A stretch of DNA of 64,000 bases from a virus (IMGVR_UViG_3300037424_000117:2529-66528), one strand, 5' to 3'. Counted from the stretch's first letter, positions 9,687 through 19,574 are shown. Notes: generated by a model not told the origin, from the sequence alone. Program-made: numbers and translations.

Positions 9687-10673
9687 TTAGTTCGTCGCAG
9701 CCACTTCACCGCGAACGAGCCAGAGGTCGTTCAGGATGACGGTAGTTTGCATTGTCTTCCAGCCGGCTGTGCCTTTTTGGGCCAGCGGGTCGCCGATCAC
9801 GGCTTTCGGATTCACGATCATGATCGACAGGCTGTCCTTGCCCTTCAACGGAACGATCGCGTACGCGTCTTGCGAGATGTACAGGATCGGGTACACGTCG
9901 GCGTTGGTGCCGGTTGTCGAGACCATTGTGCTGGTCAAGCCACCCGCATCAGCGAAGGCAGTGAAGATTGTGCTGCGAAGGTAACGAACGTCTTCGACGG
10001 AGCCGATCTCGTTCTGGTACGGAGTCACGGTACCGTACTGCTTCGTGTTGATGAAGCCATCCATGTTGCGGATGTCGGTTTCGCAGTCCGTGTGGCAAAG
10101 CGCGATGAAGGCCGCTTCGATCGGTTCAGTGCGGAAATTCGGAGTCGAGGCAACTTGCGTTGTCACGAGCTTGGCGTTCTGGCGCTTCAGCGCCCGCGTG
10201 ATACGACGTTGCAGGTCCAGCGTGACCGGCGTGTTCACGTCGGTACGGGCAGAACCGTTCGCGTAGAAGACGTTGGTGCCGGCCTTGATCACGTTCCAGC
10301 GCAGGGTCTCGACGGTCTGAGCAGCTTGCTCGCCCAGAATGTCGGTAACTTGCTGGAGATACGGGTCTTCGTGCGTGTCGCCAATAACGTCGGACCACGG
10401 AATGAAGTCGCCGTATTGTTCGAGTGTGGCTGTGACATCGGTCACGAACGCTTTCTTACCAGCAGGCGTCACACCCTCGACGAGCGGTGTCAGCGCGAGA
10501 GGCAGCGCGTTGTAGCGGCGGAACTTCGCAACTTTCGTCACGTTGTTCGGCATCACGTATGTCTGACCGAACTTTTCCAGCACGAGGACCGGAAGGCCGC
10601 GAGTCAGCATCTTCACCACCGCGTGGGCGGCGGTACGGGGCGAAATATCACCGTAAACTTGTGTGGTTGACAT
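9687..10673 (-). CDS. major capsid protein, N4-gp56 family (328 aa)
   Basis: YGDISPRTAA...FRRYN.L..A.TPL.EGVTP...L.QYG...DPL.Q.G..GWK signature. Confidence 0.92.
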   Translation of the reverse strand: MSTTQVYGDISPRTAAHAVVKMLTRGLPVLVLEKFGQTYVMPNNVTKVAKFRRYNALPLALTPLVEGVTPAGKKAFVTDVTATLEQYGDFIPWSDVIGDTHEDPYLQQVTDILGEQAAQTVETLRWNVIKAGTNVFYANGSARTDVNTPVTLDLQRRITRALKRQNAKLVTTQVASTPNFRTEPIEAAFIALCHTDCETDIRNMDGFINTKQYGTVTPYQNEIGSVEDVRYLRSTIFTAFADAGGLTSTMVSTTGTNADVYPILYISQDAYAIVPLKGKDSLSIMIVNPKAVIGDPLAQKGTAGWKTMQTTVILNDLWLVRGEVAATN

Positions 10674-10714
10674 GCTTGTTTCTCCTATTGGATGATGAAA
10701 TTATTACGTGACGC

Positions 10715-11179
10715 TTACGCTTTTTCGAGCAAGACCGAGACCTTGAAGGAACCGGTCGTGTGGTCGGTTGTTCCGCCTGCGTACTTGAACACAATCGACG
10801 CGCCGGCCACACTCTTCGTGTCGCCAGTTGTCGTTTGCGGCAGCGGAGTTGATCCCCATGCTGAGCCTGCGGCAGCGATAGCCTCGATGCTCGCGTTCGG
10901 GATTGTCGTCCACACAGTTGTGGCGTCGGTCAGGGTAATGGTACGATCACCACCGGCCCCGAAGTTTGTGCCACCACCTTGCATCTTGATGTCGCGAACA
11001 CGATACTGGTCGGTTCGCTTGGCTGGTGCGAGAACTGTTACGCTCTTCGCGCCATCCAACGTCGCAGCGCTGAGTACAACGTCAACCCAGAACGGCGTGC
11101 CGTCGATAACGTCACGCATCGCTTCTTTGATGTTGTTGTTCAGTTGCTGGCGGTTGATGACTGATTTGGAAATCGCCAT
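10715..11179 (-). CDS. virion protein (154 aa)
   Basis: Between scaffold and capsid genes, RBS aaggag. Confidence 0.6.
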   Translation of the reverse strand: MAISKSVINRQQLNNNIKEAMRDVIDGTPFWVDVVLSAATLDGAKSVTVLAPAKRTDQYRVRDIKMQGGGTNFGAGGDRTITLTDATTVWTTIPNASIEAIAAAGSAWGSTPLPQTTTGDTKSVAGASIVFKYAGGTTDHTTGSFKVSVLLEKA

Positions 11180-11197
11180 TACGTTTCTCCTTGTCGG

Positions 11198-12244
11198 TTA
11201 CTTCTTGCTCGCTAACGCCATCGCCTCATCCCAGCCGGCGTCGAAGTTGTTCTTATCGACACCCTTGTCTTGGACTTGACTGCGCTGCGAATCCACCGGA
11301 GCCAGAGCCGCGACCTTTTTTGGGTCGGGTTCGGACTTCTTTGTCGTGGGAGCAGTAGTAACGTCATCCGCCTTTGGGGTAACAATTCCACTTGCATCCT
11401 TGAAACGCTGAACTAAGTCATTGACTTCTTCAGCAGTACCGCCAGTATAAACCTCTTTCAGTGCTTTCTGCAAGTACGCTGGTTGGGTGTTGATCCACGG
11501 TTCCAATTTCGGATGCACGTCGTCGAAGTCCGGATGGGCCGTGCGGATGTCGTTGAAGTGCTGCGTTTCCTGCATTTCCTTCTGGCTTTGCGCGATCGGC
11601 GCGATGTCACCGTAGATGTGTTTCAGCACGGCCTTCATCGCTTCGCCCTGCGCCGTATCCGCCAGCGCGGAGTTCTTCTTGAATTCCAACTCGAACAGAC
11701 GGGCGATGTCTTTCCATTCGCCCTTCAGCGCGTCGAGTTCCGTCACTTCTTCGGCAGACAACTGGCGAGCAGCAGCATCTGCGGCTGCATCAGCAGCGGT
11801 CTTCTCGTCGGCGGCTTTCTTCGCTGCGGCATCTTCAGCGGCCTTGGTCTGCGCCTCGATGATTGCCTTCGCGGTCACGGCGGCAATCGCAGCCGGCGTG
11901 TTCGCAGCAGCCTCGTCGGCCTTGCGCTTCGCTTCCGCATCATCCGCAGCCTTCTTCGCAGCAGCTTCGGAATCCTCGCGGGCTTTGGTCTGCTCCGCAG
12001 TTTCCGACGCTCGGGCTGCGTCAGCAGCGGCCTTGTCGGCAGCAGCTTTTGTCGCAGCGGCTGCGTCAGAAGCGGCCTTCTCGTCGGCGGCTTTCTTCGC
12101 GGCATCAGCCGCAGCATCGACTACCGGTTCTTCCTTCTTGGCTGGCGCCGTGTCAAGACTGGTACCAGCTACCGCCTCGTTGAATGCAGCCGCGAATGCG
12201 TCGTCGCCGTCGTCAACCGACAGCCCCTCGTTTACTGTGGTCAT
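11198..12244 (-). CDS. capsid scaffolding protein (348 aa)
   Basis: Acidic N-terminus (DDAFAAAFNEA), Ala/Lys-rich AKKAADEKAA repeats, HPDF motif; between portal and capsid. Confidence 0.75.
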   Translation of the reverse strand: MTTVNEGLSVDDGDDAFAAAFNEAVAGTSLDTAPAKKEEPVVDAAADAAKKAADEKAASDAAAATKAAADKAAADAARASETAEQTKAREDSEAAAKKAADDAEAKRKADEAAANTPAAIAAVTAKAIIEAQTKAAEDAAAKKAADEKTAADAAADAAARQLSAEEVTELDALKGEWKDIARLFELEFKKNSALADTAQGEAMKAVLKHIYGDIAPIAQSQKEMQETQHFNDIRTAHPDFDDVHPKLEPWINTQPAYLQKALKEVYTGGTAEEVNDLVQRFKDASGIVTPKADDVTTAPTTKKSEPDPKKVAALAPVDSQRSQVQDKGVDKNNFDAGWDEAMALASKK

Positions 12245-12522
12245 GTTCTATCCCCCTGTTGTGTTTTCGTGATCACGGGATTGGGATTCAGAATCGACTT
12301 CACGATCCCTTCCCATGCCGTGTACTGCTGTTGGTATTTAACCAACTCTTCCATCCCACTCGCTCGCTGCCACTGATGCAGAGCCGCCGCCTGTTTCATC
12401 CTTGCGTACTGAATAACGGCTCTGAGTTCTGCCGAGTCCCGAGCTTGATTCAGGACTCGCAGTACCTCAGCTTCCTCCGGTCGTAGTTCCTGTCGCTGGT
12501 TCGTTTGCGGCGCTGATTGCAT
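12241..12522 (-). CDS. small hypothetical protein after portal (start uncertain, likely near 12465)
   Basis: Stop overlaps the scaffold ATG (ATGA coupling); helical sequence. Confidence 0.55.
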   Translation of the reverse strand: MQSAPQTNQRQELRPEEAEVLRVLNQARDSAELRAVIQYARMKQAAALHQWQRASGMEELVKYQQQYTAWEGIVKSILNPNPVITKTQQGDRT

Positions 12523-14485
12523 TTGTGAGCCCCTCCAAAATAGTCTTCACTGTGTCATTCGTTGCGGACGAGTCGGCCTTGTTCGCGAGCGCCACGTTCT
12601 TCAGCGCCTGTGTCAGCACATTCTTGATGTCCGCTTGCGCCTTCGCTGTTGCCAGAGCTTGTATTTGCGCGAGGTTCTGCGCCTGCGCTTCAATCTTCTT
12701 GTTGGCCGAAACTTCGTCGTCCAGAATATCTTCCGGTAGATCGCGCGCCTTCATGCGCTCGACGAGCAGTTTGCGGCTGTTGATGTGCGGTCTTTCATCT
12801 TCCGACAACGAAACACGGAACGCGTCGAGCGATTGCGCGCGGACTTCTTTCGCGACCAGCGAGGTCGATCCTCGCGAGATCACGGAGAAGTCGCCCTTCG
12901 CTTCCTCATCGGTGCCGAACTCCATATTCCAGTTGTATTGCGAGCCAATCACAGACTCGGTGAACATGTCGAAGTTGCGAACGGTGTCGCGAATCGGCAG
13001 GGCAGCAGCGCCAAGGAACATCGACGCTCCGCCTTGAGTGCGCAGCGCTTCCGATCCGCCCTGTCCCACGTCGCCAAGTGCGGGCGGAGGAAGCGCGGTT
13101 TCGGTGTCGGCGAAGTTCATGAACAACTCGATGATCGTGACGAGTTCAGGGATGTGGCTATCCACCTTGATCTCGCGAATGGCCGGGGCTTGACTCTCCG
13201 AACCAGTCAGGCCATCGCGATAGAAAATCTTGAACGCGTGAACGTCCATGCTCTGTCCAGCGAGCAGCAACTCGTGGTTCGCTTCGAGGATCGGCCCGCA
13301 CGACACGCTCGCGTTGTCGAGCAGCATGCGAGTCGCTTCGCAGACGCCCATCTGGCTGTCGCGCATGATCGCGGGCAGGCCAATACCGAGGATGCTGATG
13401 TCGTCTTCCTCGTAGATGAACGTGTGGTTTGGTCGAATCTTCACCTCGAACGGGTTGATGATCGCCTTGATCACGACGCTGTCAAGCGTCCAGACATTCG
13501 CCTCGAACTGCGACGACAAGCGATCGTCAGCGATCTCCACGCCACACGCCTTGAGTTCGTGGCCGTCAACGAAGCCCCAGTATTCGAGCAACTCGTACTT
13601 GCGCCCGCTCAGGTCCGTGACGTTCTTGCGGTCGCCAGTAACTCGCAGCGACTGCTCCCACCATCTCTCCTTGTAGTTGCCACCGATGTTGTTCTTCAGC
13701 CAGTTCTTGATCGCGTCACCCATGAAGTCGGGGCGCGATGCTAGGTCGGTGACTTGCGAGCGCGACATGATGTGGCGTTCGAAGTCGCCGTCTTTCTGTT
13801 CGAGGGTCTTCGCGGATAGGTCCGGGTAGTGATTCCACACGGGGACGACTTCGAAGTACGGCTGGAGCTTCTGTGCCTCGAACGCAATGTAGCGCCCAGT
13901 AATTGTGTCGCGCTTCCACGACCGAGTCTTCGCGGTCTTGATCAGTGGACCCTTCAGGACGCCGGCTGAGTACAGCACGGCGGAGAACACGACGCGCTTG
14001 CAGAGCGAAATATAACTGATCTCGTCAAGCTGATCCTCCATGATTTTTTCCATCTTCGCGCACTTCTTGGTCGCGAATTCCGCGATAGCGCGCTCGATCA
14101 CTTCGCTCGGAAGCTCCGTGCCCTCCGGCAGTCCATTTTGCAGCGTATCGAGAACGGACTGCGTGTCTTCCTGACTCAGATCGGGAATCGGCGATGGACG
14201 AATTCCCCAATTTTTCTCTGTCTGCGGGAACATCATTTCCATCAGCCGTGCAACCGTCCCAATCACCTTCGTGCGCGTCACCTTCGGGTAAGCGCGCGAC
14301 TGGTCGGCAGGAATGCGACCGTCGATGTCCGGATCGTAGATACCTCGGAACTGGCGCAGGTTGCGCAGCCACTGTTCCTCGATCACGCGCCGGTCGCCGC
14401 TGTAAGTCTCAAACAGCGCGTTCATTCTGACGCCAAACGTCTTCATCGCGTGCTCGTTCATGACCGGCGTTGCTGCATCTGCCAT
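12467..14485 (-). CDS. portal protein (672 aa)
   Basis: Follows TerL; W..NLRQF.G.YD start, long C-terminal coiled coil typical of podoviral portals. Confidence 0.85.
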   Translation of the reverse strand: MADAATPVMNEHAMKTFGVRMNALFETYSGDRRVIEEQWLRNLRQFRGIYDPDIDGRIPADQSRAYPKVTRTKVIGTVARLMEMMFPQTEKNWGIRPSPIPDLSQEDTQSVLDTLQNGLPEGTELPSEVIERAIAEFATKKCAKMEKIMEDQLDEISYISLCKRVVFSAVLYSAGVLKGPLIKTAKTRSWKRDTITGRYIAFEAQKLQPYFEVVPVWNHYPDLSAKTLEQKDGDFERHIMSRSQVTDLASRPDFMGDAIKNWLKNNIGGNYKERWWEQSLRVTGDRKNVTDLSGRKYELLEYWGFVDGHELKACGVEIADDRLSSQFEANVWTLDSVVIKAIINPFEVKIRPNHTFIYEEDDISILGIGLPAIMRDSQMGVCEATRMLLDNASVSCGPILEANHELLLAGQSMDVHAFKIFYRDGLTGSESQAPAIREIKVDSHIPELVTIIELFMNFADTETALPPPALGDVGQGGSEALRTQGGASMFLGAAALPIRDTVRNFDMFTESVIGSQYNWNMEFGTDEEAKGDFSVISRGSTSLVAKEVRAQSLDAFRVSLSEDERPHINSRKLLVERMKARDLPEDILDDEVSANKKIEAQAQNLAQIQALATAKAQADIKNVLTQALKNVALANKADSSATNDTVKTILEGLTNAISAANEPATGTTTGGS

Positions 14486-14487
14486 CG

Positions 14488-15909
14488 TTATCTCCTTGTG
14501 TAACCGCCGCGACTACGCTGCTGCGCCGCGATTAGTTTCTTGCGTTCCGCTTCGCCATCGGCCTCGTCAACGCCGAGTTCGAAATACATGTCACCGTACT
14601 GACTAGCCTCGCAAATGTGCGAGAAGATGTTCTTGAGGGGGGCGTCCGACGCAATTCCTTTGCGGCTGATCGGATAATGATACCCGCCTTTGAGCCCTCT
14701 CTTCAAGTACGAGCATCGCGGGTCTATGAGATACGACGGCCCCATCTCCGTGTTCATCACGAGAAACGAGTCAGTCGCACCAACGCGCTTGATCGCGTTG
14801 TTTGTCATCGCGAACTTGATCTTCTTGAACCCGGCACCCGTGAAAATCGTCTTGCACGTCGCCTCATCATTCTGCGACCGGTTGCCACCGCTGGGGTCGC
14901 CAGTGATGAAATACCTGAACCCCTCGTACTTGCTGCGGAGCAACGGCTTCAGGCGCTCCTTGATGCAGCGCTGGAGCCCCATGTTCTCCGTCACGATCTC
15001 ATCGAGCGTGAGCACTCGCCCGAACGCGTCCTGCTGCTTGAACGTCATCGCGGGCGTCATCCCGAAGTCCGCGCTGATCACGAGCAGCCTATTCGGATCG
15101 GGCCGCAGGTATTCCTTCGCGATGTGCCGCTCCGGGTCAAACATTGGGTGCACCGGTTTGCCGGACTTCGACGTGCCGTACTCACCCTTCACGTACATCT
15201 TAATGAACTCGTTCGTCTTGTTCTTAGCGAGGTTCACGTAGTACCCCGGCGCCAAGTGGTCGAGGTTCTCAGCCAATTCCGAGAGCCCGCTCGGCTGCTT
15301 CCACCCGTGCCAGCCGTTGTCTTCGCACGGTTTGCCATCGACATCCAGCCCTTCGAGGTTGTTGTACCAATACGAGTCTTCCTCGGGAGGGTTCGTGTCC
15401 GCCCAGATGCCAGCCCACGACGGGCCATCGCCGGCCTCGCGCCGCGACGGGTAACGGTCAATACGACCGTCAAGCGCATCCATGATGATCGCGGGAATCT
15501 CGCGGCACTCGTTGATCCAAGCGCCGGTCAATTCGAGCGAGAGCAGATTCTTAACGTCTGCTTCGTCGTCCAACGCCCGAAAAATCACCTCCGCCCGTAC
15601 ATCCCCCATTGTTATGTAGTAAGTCTTCCCGGTCTCCTTCCAGTGGCCGATCGTCCCGTCAGGGAACCACTCGAACCACGTCTTCATCGTCGTGTCGCGC
15701 AACTGCGGCATCGTGTTGCGCACAATCGCCCAGCGGCTGCGGCGGAACCCATCGCGCCCGCGCTTCTGCATCATCGCCCGGCGAGTGATCTCGATCACAC
15801 ACCCCGACGACTTCCCGCTACCGAACGGCCCCATGATCACGCGACGACGTGCGTCGCTCTGCATGAACCCGCTGACGGTGCGCGGCGCGATGTAATTCAG
15901 GTGATCCAT
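14488..15909 (-). CDS. terL: terminase large subunit (start MDHLNYIAP)
   Basis: Walker A GPFGSGKS, Walker B-like AWINE, coupling DTNPP, RuvC-like ISADFG, GDPSG and C-terminal SHICEA. Confidence 0.95.
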   Translation of the reverse strand: MDHLNYIAPRTVSGFMQSDARRRVIMGPFGSGKSSGCVIEITRRAMMQKRGRDGFRRSRWAIVRNTMPQLRDTTMKTWFEWFPDGTIGHWKETGKTYYITMGDVRAEVIFRALDDEADVKNLLSLELTGAWINECREIPAIIMDALDGRIDRYPSRREAGDGPSWAGIWADTNPPEEDSYWYNNLEGLDVDGKPCEDNGWHGWKQPSGLSELAENLDHLAPGYYVNLAKNKTNEFIKMYVKGEYGTSKSGKPVHPMFDPERHIAKEYLRPDPNRLLVISADFGMTPAMTFKQQDAFGRVLTLDEIVTENMGLQRCIKERLKPLLRSKYEGFRYFITGDPSGGNRSQNDEATCKTIFTGAGFKKIKFAMTNNAIKRVGATDSFLVMNTEMGPSYLIDPRCSYLKRGLKGGYHYPISRKGIASDAPLKNIFSHICEASQYGDMYFELGVDEADGEAERKKLIAAQQRSRGGYTRR

Positions 15910-16190
15910 TACGCCGGAATCCAGATCGCGTTGAGTCCGAGCGCCGATCCGACATCCTTGAACCTGTGCTTCGTGGCGCGCCAGTCGCATCCGGGACGGT
16001 ACGACTGGTTGTACACCCAGTTCCACAACTGCGCGGTCCACTTGAAGTTGAACTTCTTCGCCGCCGTGCGCCAGCCAGTGGTGTCAACATACGGCCCGAG
16101 GCCAATTACGTCGTACACATACACCCCGGTGCGCCAGTCGTTCTCGAACTGCTCGATCAGCCAAAAGTGTCTCACGGCTTCATCCCCCAT
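15909..16190 (-). CDS. hypothetical protein (93 aa)
   Basis: Stop overlaps the TerL start; Trp/Tyr-rich. Confidence 0.55.
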   Translation of the reverse strand: MGDEAVRHFWLIEQFENDWRTGVYVYDVIGLGPYVDTTGWRTAAKKFNFKWTAQLWNWVYNQSYRPGCDWRATKHRFKDVGSALGLNAIWIPA

Positions 16191-16363
16191 GTTGGCGCCA
16201 GAGGATAACTCATCTGGCAGTCGCAGTGCACCACCCACGGCGCATTAACCACTCTGCATCTCGGGCACTCCCAACCCTGCCTCGCCGGCTGTTCCGTATT
16301 GCCACCACGAGGCCGGTAACACATGCAAACCCCACTGGCCGTGCAAGCAGCGCAACTCATCAC
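16172..16363 (-). CDS. small Zn-ribbon-like protein
   Basis: GWECPRC..VNAPW...CDC motif; start overlaps the TerS stop. Confidence 0.6.
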   Translation of the reverse strand: MMSCAACTASGVCMCYRPRGGNTEQPARQGWECPRCRVVNAPWVVHCDCQMSYPLAPTWGMKP

Positions 16364-17037
16364 TCGCCCTCCTGATCAATGACTGCAACCGACTTCTGGG
16401 CAACGGTGCTCAACGTCACGGGCGCAGCCCCACCCACGAACGTGACGTTGAGCGCGAAGCTGCCTCCGCCCTTGCCTCCCCCAGCATTATCATCCTTCGG
16501 CTCATACCCCGCGACCTTCGCGGTCCACTTGATCAGGTCGGCGCGAACCGACGCGGGGACTTCCGGGTCGGTCGCGATCTGGTACGAGTGCGTGAGCAAG
16601 TCCTCAGCCTGAATTTTCGCCTTGAGCTTGAATCCGATCCCCGAGGTCTTTATCTCATCCTTGTACGCGACGACCGTCCGCTTGAACGCTGGATCGTTCG
16701 ACAGCGCGACAGCGGCATCTTCTTCGTAGCCGTAACGCCGATACGTCTCACCCGGTTCGTCGATGTCGAGCGCGATCTCGTAGGCTAGTCGCGGGTCGAA
16801 GCTCATCTCGCCTACCGAGCGTGCCTTGTAGCCCGGAGGTAGTCGATCTGACTGTCTCACATCTTCGCGACCGGGAAGCGTGGTCTGGATGCGCGTGCCG
16901 TCGCGGGCCACGTCGATCACTTCCCGGATCGTCGGTAGCGCGCGAGCCTGTGTCGCTGTCGGCGCCGTGGGCAGCTTCGCCGCGAGGTAAGCCGGGGCGT
17001 CGGCCAGTGCGATATTGATCAGTTCGGCGTTGTCCAT
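16360..17037 (-). CDS. probable terminase small subunit (start MDNAELI)
   Basis: Position upstream of TerL; helical core FKLKAKIQAEDLL...VRADLIKWTAKVAG. Confidence 0.65.
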   Translation of the reverse strand: MDNAELINIALADAPAYLAAKLPTAPTATQARALPTIREVIDVARDGTRIQTTLPGREDVRQSDRLPPGYKARSVGEMSFDPRLAYEIALDIDEPGETYRRYGYEEDAAVALSNDPAFKRTVVAYKDEIKTSGIGFKLKAKIQAEDLLTHSYQIATDPEVPASVRADLIKWTAKVAGYEPKDDNAGGGKGGGSFALNVTFVGGAAPVTLSTVAQKSVAVIDQEGE

Positions 17038-17072
17038 GCGCCCACTATACAGGGGGGCCGGGAGGCTGTCAA
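17037..17072 (-). promoter_or_regulatory. sigma70 promoter for the packaging/structural operon
   Basis: TTGACA(17072-17067)-17 bp-TATAGT(17049-17044)-GGGCGC-ATG. Confidence 0.8.
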
Positions 17073-17641
17073 GTCTTTGTGCTGTCAAGCTGTTTACACG
17101 TTAGGCACTAACCCGGATAGCGCCCAAAATTTTGGGCAGTGCTCCTGTTCGACTGTCAAACGGTGTACATCCCCCTAAAATTGCCCGGTCGTATACGCGA
17201 TTTGGAGTACACGGCGGGAGGGGCGCGCAGGATTGCCCCCAAGCCCCCCGTCTGACAGTGAAAAAGGATGCTTATTTCACAGCGACACAGTCTGACTGTC
17301 TGACAGTGGCGCTGTCATACACCCGGCGCCCGTCATACAGCGGCAATGCGAGGCAATCACGCTGTTACACTGTCAGACGCCATAGCTAGTAACGATTTGG
17401 CGCTTGCTAGTAGCATTGCTAGGCCATGACGCCATGTCATACGCTGCACACCATGCACATGTAGTAGATAGTAGATAGATAGTAAGAATAGAAGAGAGAA
17501 ACAGGAGAGCTTCGCGTGAGAGAAAATCTGTGAGACTGTATGACAGCGGCGAGCAAATTTGCACGCGAAAAGATGCGATGCCCTCGTTTTTCCGCTGCCT
17601 TTCTTACTAGCAACGCATATCACAGCCTGACAGTCTGACAG
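17066..17641. repeat. cluster of 10 TGACAG/CTGTCA hexamers
   Basis: Copies at 17066, 17082, 17153, 17253, 17301, 17312, 17370, 17541, 17628, 17636 in a non-coding divergent region. Confidence 0.75.
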
Positions 17642-17695
17642 GGTGACGATCACGCCGCGCGCATCGCAGCAATGCAACTAGCAAGCGGCCTTTCG

Positions 17696-17724
17696 CTTAC
17701 TGTCCACGCTATGTGTGCTATAAT
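17696..17724 (+). promoter_or_regulatory. early promoter (extended -10)
   Basis: TGcTATAAT at 17716-17724, then RBS aggagg and ATG at 17755. Confidence 0.65.
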
Positions 17725-17754
17725 GAGCGCTTCACAATCACATAGGAGGATTAA

Positions 17755-18396
17755 ATGCCGCATAACGACGGTTCGCTCACGCAACAGGAGCAAATTGCAG
17801 CATGGCGAGCAGGTGGAAAGCAGGGTCCGCACCCGTGCCCGCCAGCGAAAACGCCTGAGCAGCGCAGGGTCCGCGCCGAGATTGACGCGCTACTGAAGCA
17901 GTTGAAGCGGGGCAAATACGCACCTCGTGTGCTGTCTGACAGCGAGATAGCCGACCGGGCCGAGGTCAAGCGCCTTCGTCGGGCCGCTGTCATACAGTCG
18001 GGCGTGCAACGGGTGCGCAGCGGTCCAACGAAGCAGCAGATAGCCGAGTCGTGGCTGGCGCGCGGGCGACCGGCTGATGAGCCCGTGCCCGACCTAGTCC
18101 AGCAGCAGCAAGCGGCCAAGGTGCGGTGGAATAACAAGCGACTCATCGAGGCCGCACTGCGCAAGCTGGAGCGCAGCACAGCGCCACAGGTGGCGGCGCA
18201 GGCACCGCTCCGGGGGCGTCCGGACCTACCGCTCGACAGTGTCGCAGGCGCGCGGCTGCAAGTCTGGTTTGCCGTCTGGGATGGGTGTGTGGTGCCGGCA
18301 GAGTTTGACGACGAGCCCGTGCGGTATGGCGTGGTGACGCGGGTGGATTGGCAGCGCGTGCCAGTGCTGGGTGTTGGGCGCTGGGGCAGCAAATAG
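17755..18396 (+). CDS. first early gene, basic hypothetical protein (213 aa)
   Basis: Strong RBS aggagg; Arg-rich. Confidence 0.65.
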   Translation: MPHNDGSLTQQEQIAAWRAGGKQGPHPCPPAKTPEQRRVRAEIDALLKQLKRGKYAPRVLSDSEIADRAEVKRLRRAAVIQSGVQRVRSGPTKQQIAESWLARGRPADEPVPDLVQQQQAAKVRWNNKRLIEAALRKLERSTAPQVAAQAPLRGRPDLPLDSVAGARLQVWFAVWDGCVVPAEFDDEPVRYGVVTRVDWQRVPVLGVGRWGSK

Positions 18397-18441
18397 ATCG
18401 CCGGGGAATCAGGGAGTTGTGCAATTAGTTGGGCTGGGGTG

Positions 18442-18471
18442 TTGACAGGGTCCGGGGCGATCTGGTAGTGT
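18442..18471 (+). promoter_or_regulatory. early sigma70 promoter
   Basis: TTGACA-18-TAGTGT. Confidence 0.55.
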
Positions 18472-18533
18472 CCGTCCCGCACTGCGATGGAACGGCACCC
18501 GACCGGCTCGGGGATGGATAGGAGGGTAAGACG

Positions 18534-18929
18534 ATGAGCAAGAAGCACAAGTGGGAAAGAGAAGCGCCGAAGGATGCAGCAGCCGAGGCGCGAGTCACAC
18601 GGCGCGAATGGTTCGCGGAGCGGCGCGTTGTCTGGAATCTGATCAACGCGCTGATCGCTGAGGGTTGGGTGATTCCTGCGGTGGATGATGGCGAGGAAGT
18701 TGTGAAAGTGGACAACGATCCGACCGCAGCGCTTAATGCGGTGTTCGCTGTAGACGAGGCGCATATCATCGTGCGCAGCGCCAGCAATCAGCGTGCCGGG
18801 AATATTTTTATCGTGCTCGGCAATAGCGCGGAGGAAGTCGTTTGCGACTGGGGCTGGAAGGATAATGCAGTGGGCCAGAGGTTCGACAGGTTTGTCGAGT
18901 CGTTCGACGCTGAGCAGTACGCGCGATAG
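18534..18929 (+). CDS. early hypothetical protein (131 aa)
   Basis: RBS ggaggg; IFIVLGN..EEVVCDW motif. Confidence 0.75.
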   Translation: MSKKHKWEREAPKDAAAEARVTRREWFAERRVVWNLINALIAEGWVIPAVDDGEEVVKVDNDPTAALNAVFAVDEAHIIVRSASNQRAGNIFIVLGNSAEEVVCDWGWKDNAVGQRFDRFVESFDAEQYAR

Positions 18930-18996
18930 CACCCGGTGCGCACTGGCAACAGTGCGCACCGAGGGCGACTTGCCCGGCACACAGGAGCACAGCACC

Positions 18997-19170
18997 ATGA
19001 TTAGCGTTTATTCATCACAGGGGAAGCGATGGGGCAAAAAGCGCGTGCCCGATTGCGAGTGCAGCTACAATTTCACGTGCCGCACGTGCCTAGTCGCTGG
19101 GCTGCAAGAGGGCATGCCGCAGCGGCCACCGAAACAACTGACAGAGCAACCACACAGGGGGCAATCATGA
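18997..19170 (+). CDS. early Cys-rich small protein (57 aa)
   Basis: RBS aggag; CxC...CxxC. Confidence 0.6.
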   Translation: MISVYSSQGKRWGKKRVPDCECSYNFTCRTCLVAGLQEGMPQRPPKQLTEQPHRGQS

Positions 19171-19364
19171 GACGCAATCTAGCAAATCACGCAGGGGTCC
19201 ACCGCGCGAATTGGATGATTCAATTTGAAGGCCATGTGGGCATAGCAGATCGCAAGCTCGCGATCTACAAGCCGGGCGACTTCTGGGACAGCGCCACGCA
19301 CGCGTTCAACACCGGGAAGACTCCGGGCGACGCGGCCAAGGCGTACGTGGAGTCCCACAGTTAG
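19167..19364 (+). CDS. early hypothetical protein (65 aa)
   Basis: ATGA coupling with the previous gene. Confidence 0.65.
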   Translation: MRRNLANHAGVHRANWMIQFEGHVGIADRKLAIYKPGDFWDSATHAFNTGKTPGDAAKAYVESHS

Positions 19365-19367
19365 GGC

Positions 19368-19396
19368 TTGACACTGGAAACGGATTCGACTAGAGT
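19368..19396 (+). promoter_or_regulatory. early promoter with inverted repeat over the spacer and -10
   Basis: TTGACA-17-TAGAGT; arms 19376-19387 and 19393-19404. Confidence 0.8.
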
Positions 19397-19442
19397 CCGT
19401 TTCCGGGGCGACTTGCCCTCAACTGAACAGGAGCACAGCACC

Positions 19443-19574
19443 ATGAAAACCATCATCGTACAGCGCGTGATCAACGGGAAGCCCGCAGACATCAAGCTCA
19501 CGCTCGAAGACGCGTCACCCGAGAATGTCGCGCTGATCATCGAGCACATCCGCCGCATGGAGGGGGGCGAGTAA
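19443..19574 (+). CDS. early hypothetical protein (43 aa)
   Basis: RBS aggag, MKTIIVQRVING... Confidence 0.6.
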   Translation: MKTIIVQRVINGKPADIKLTLEDASPENVALIIEHIRRMEGGE

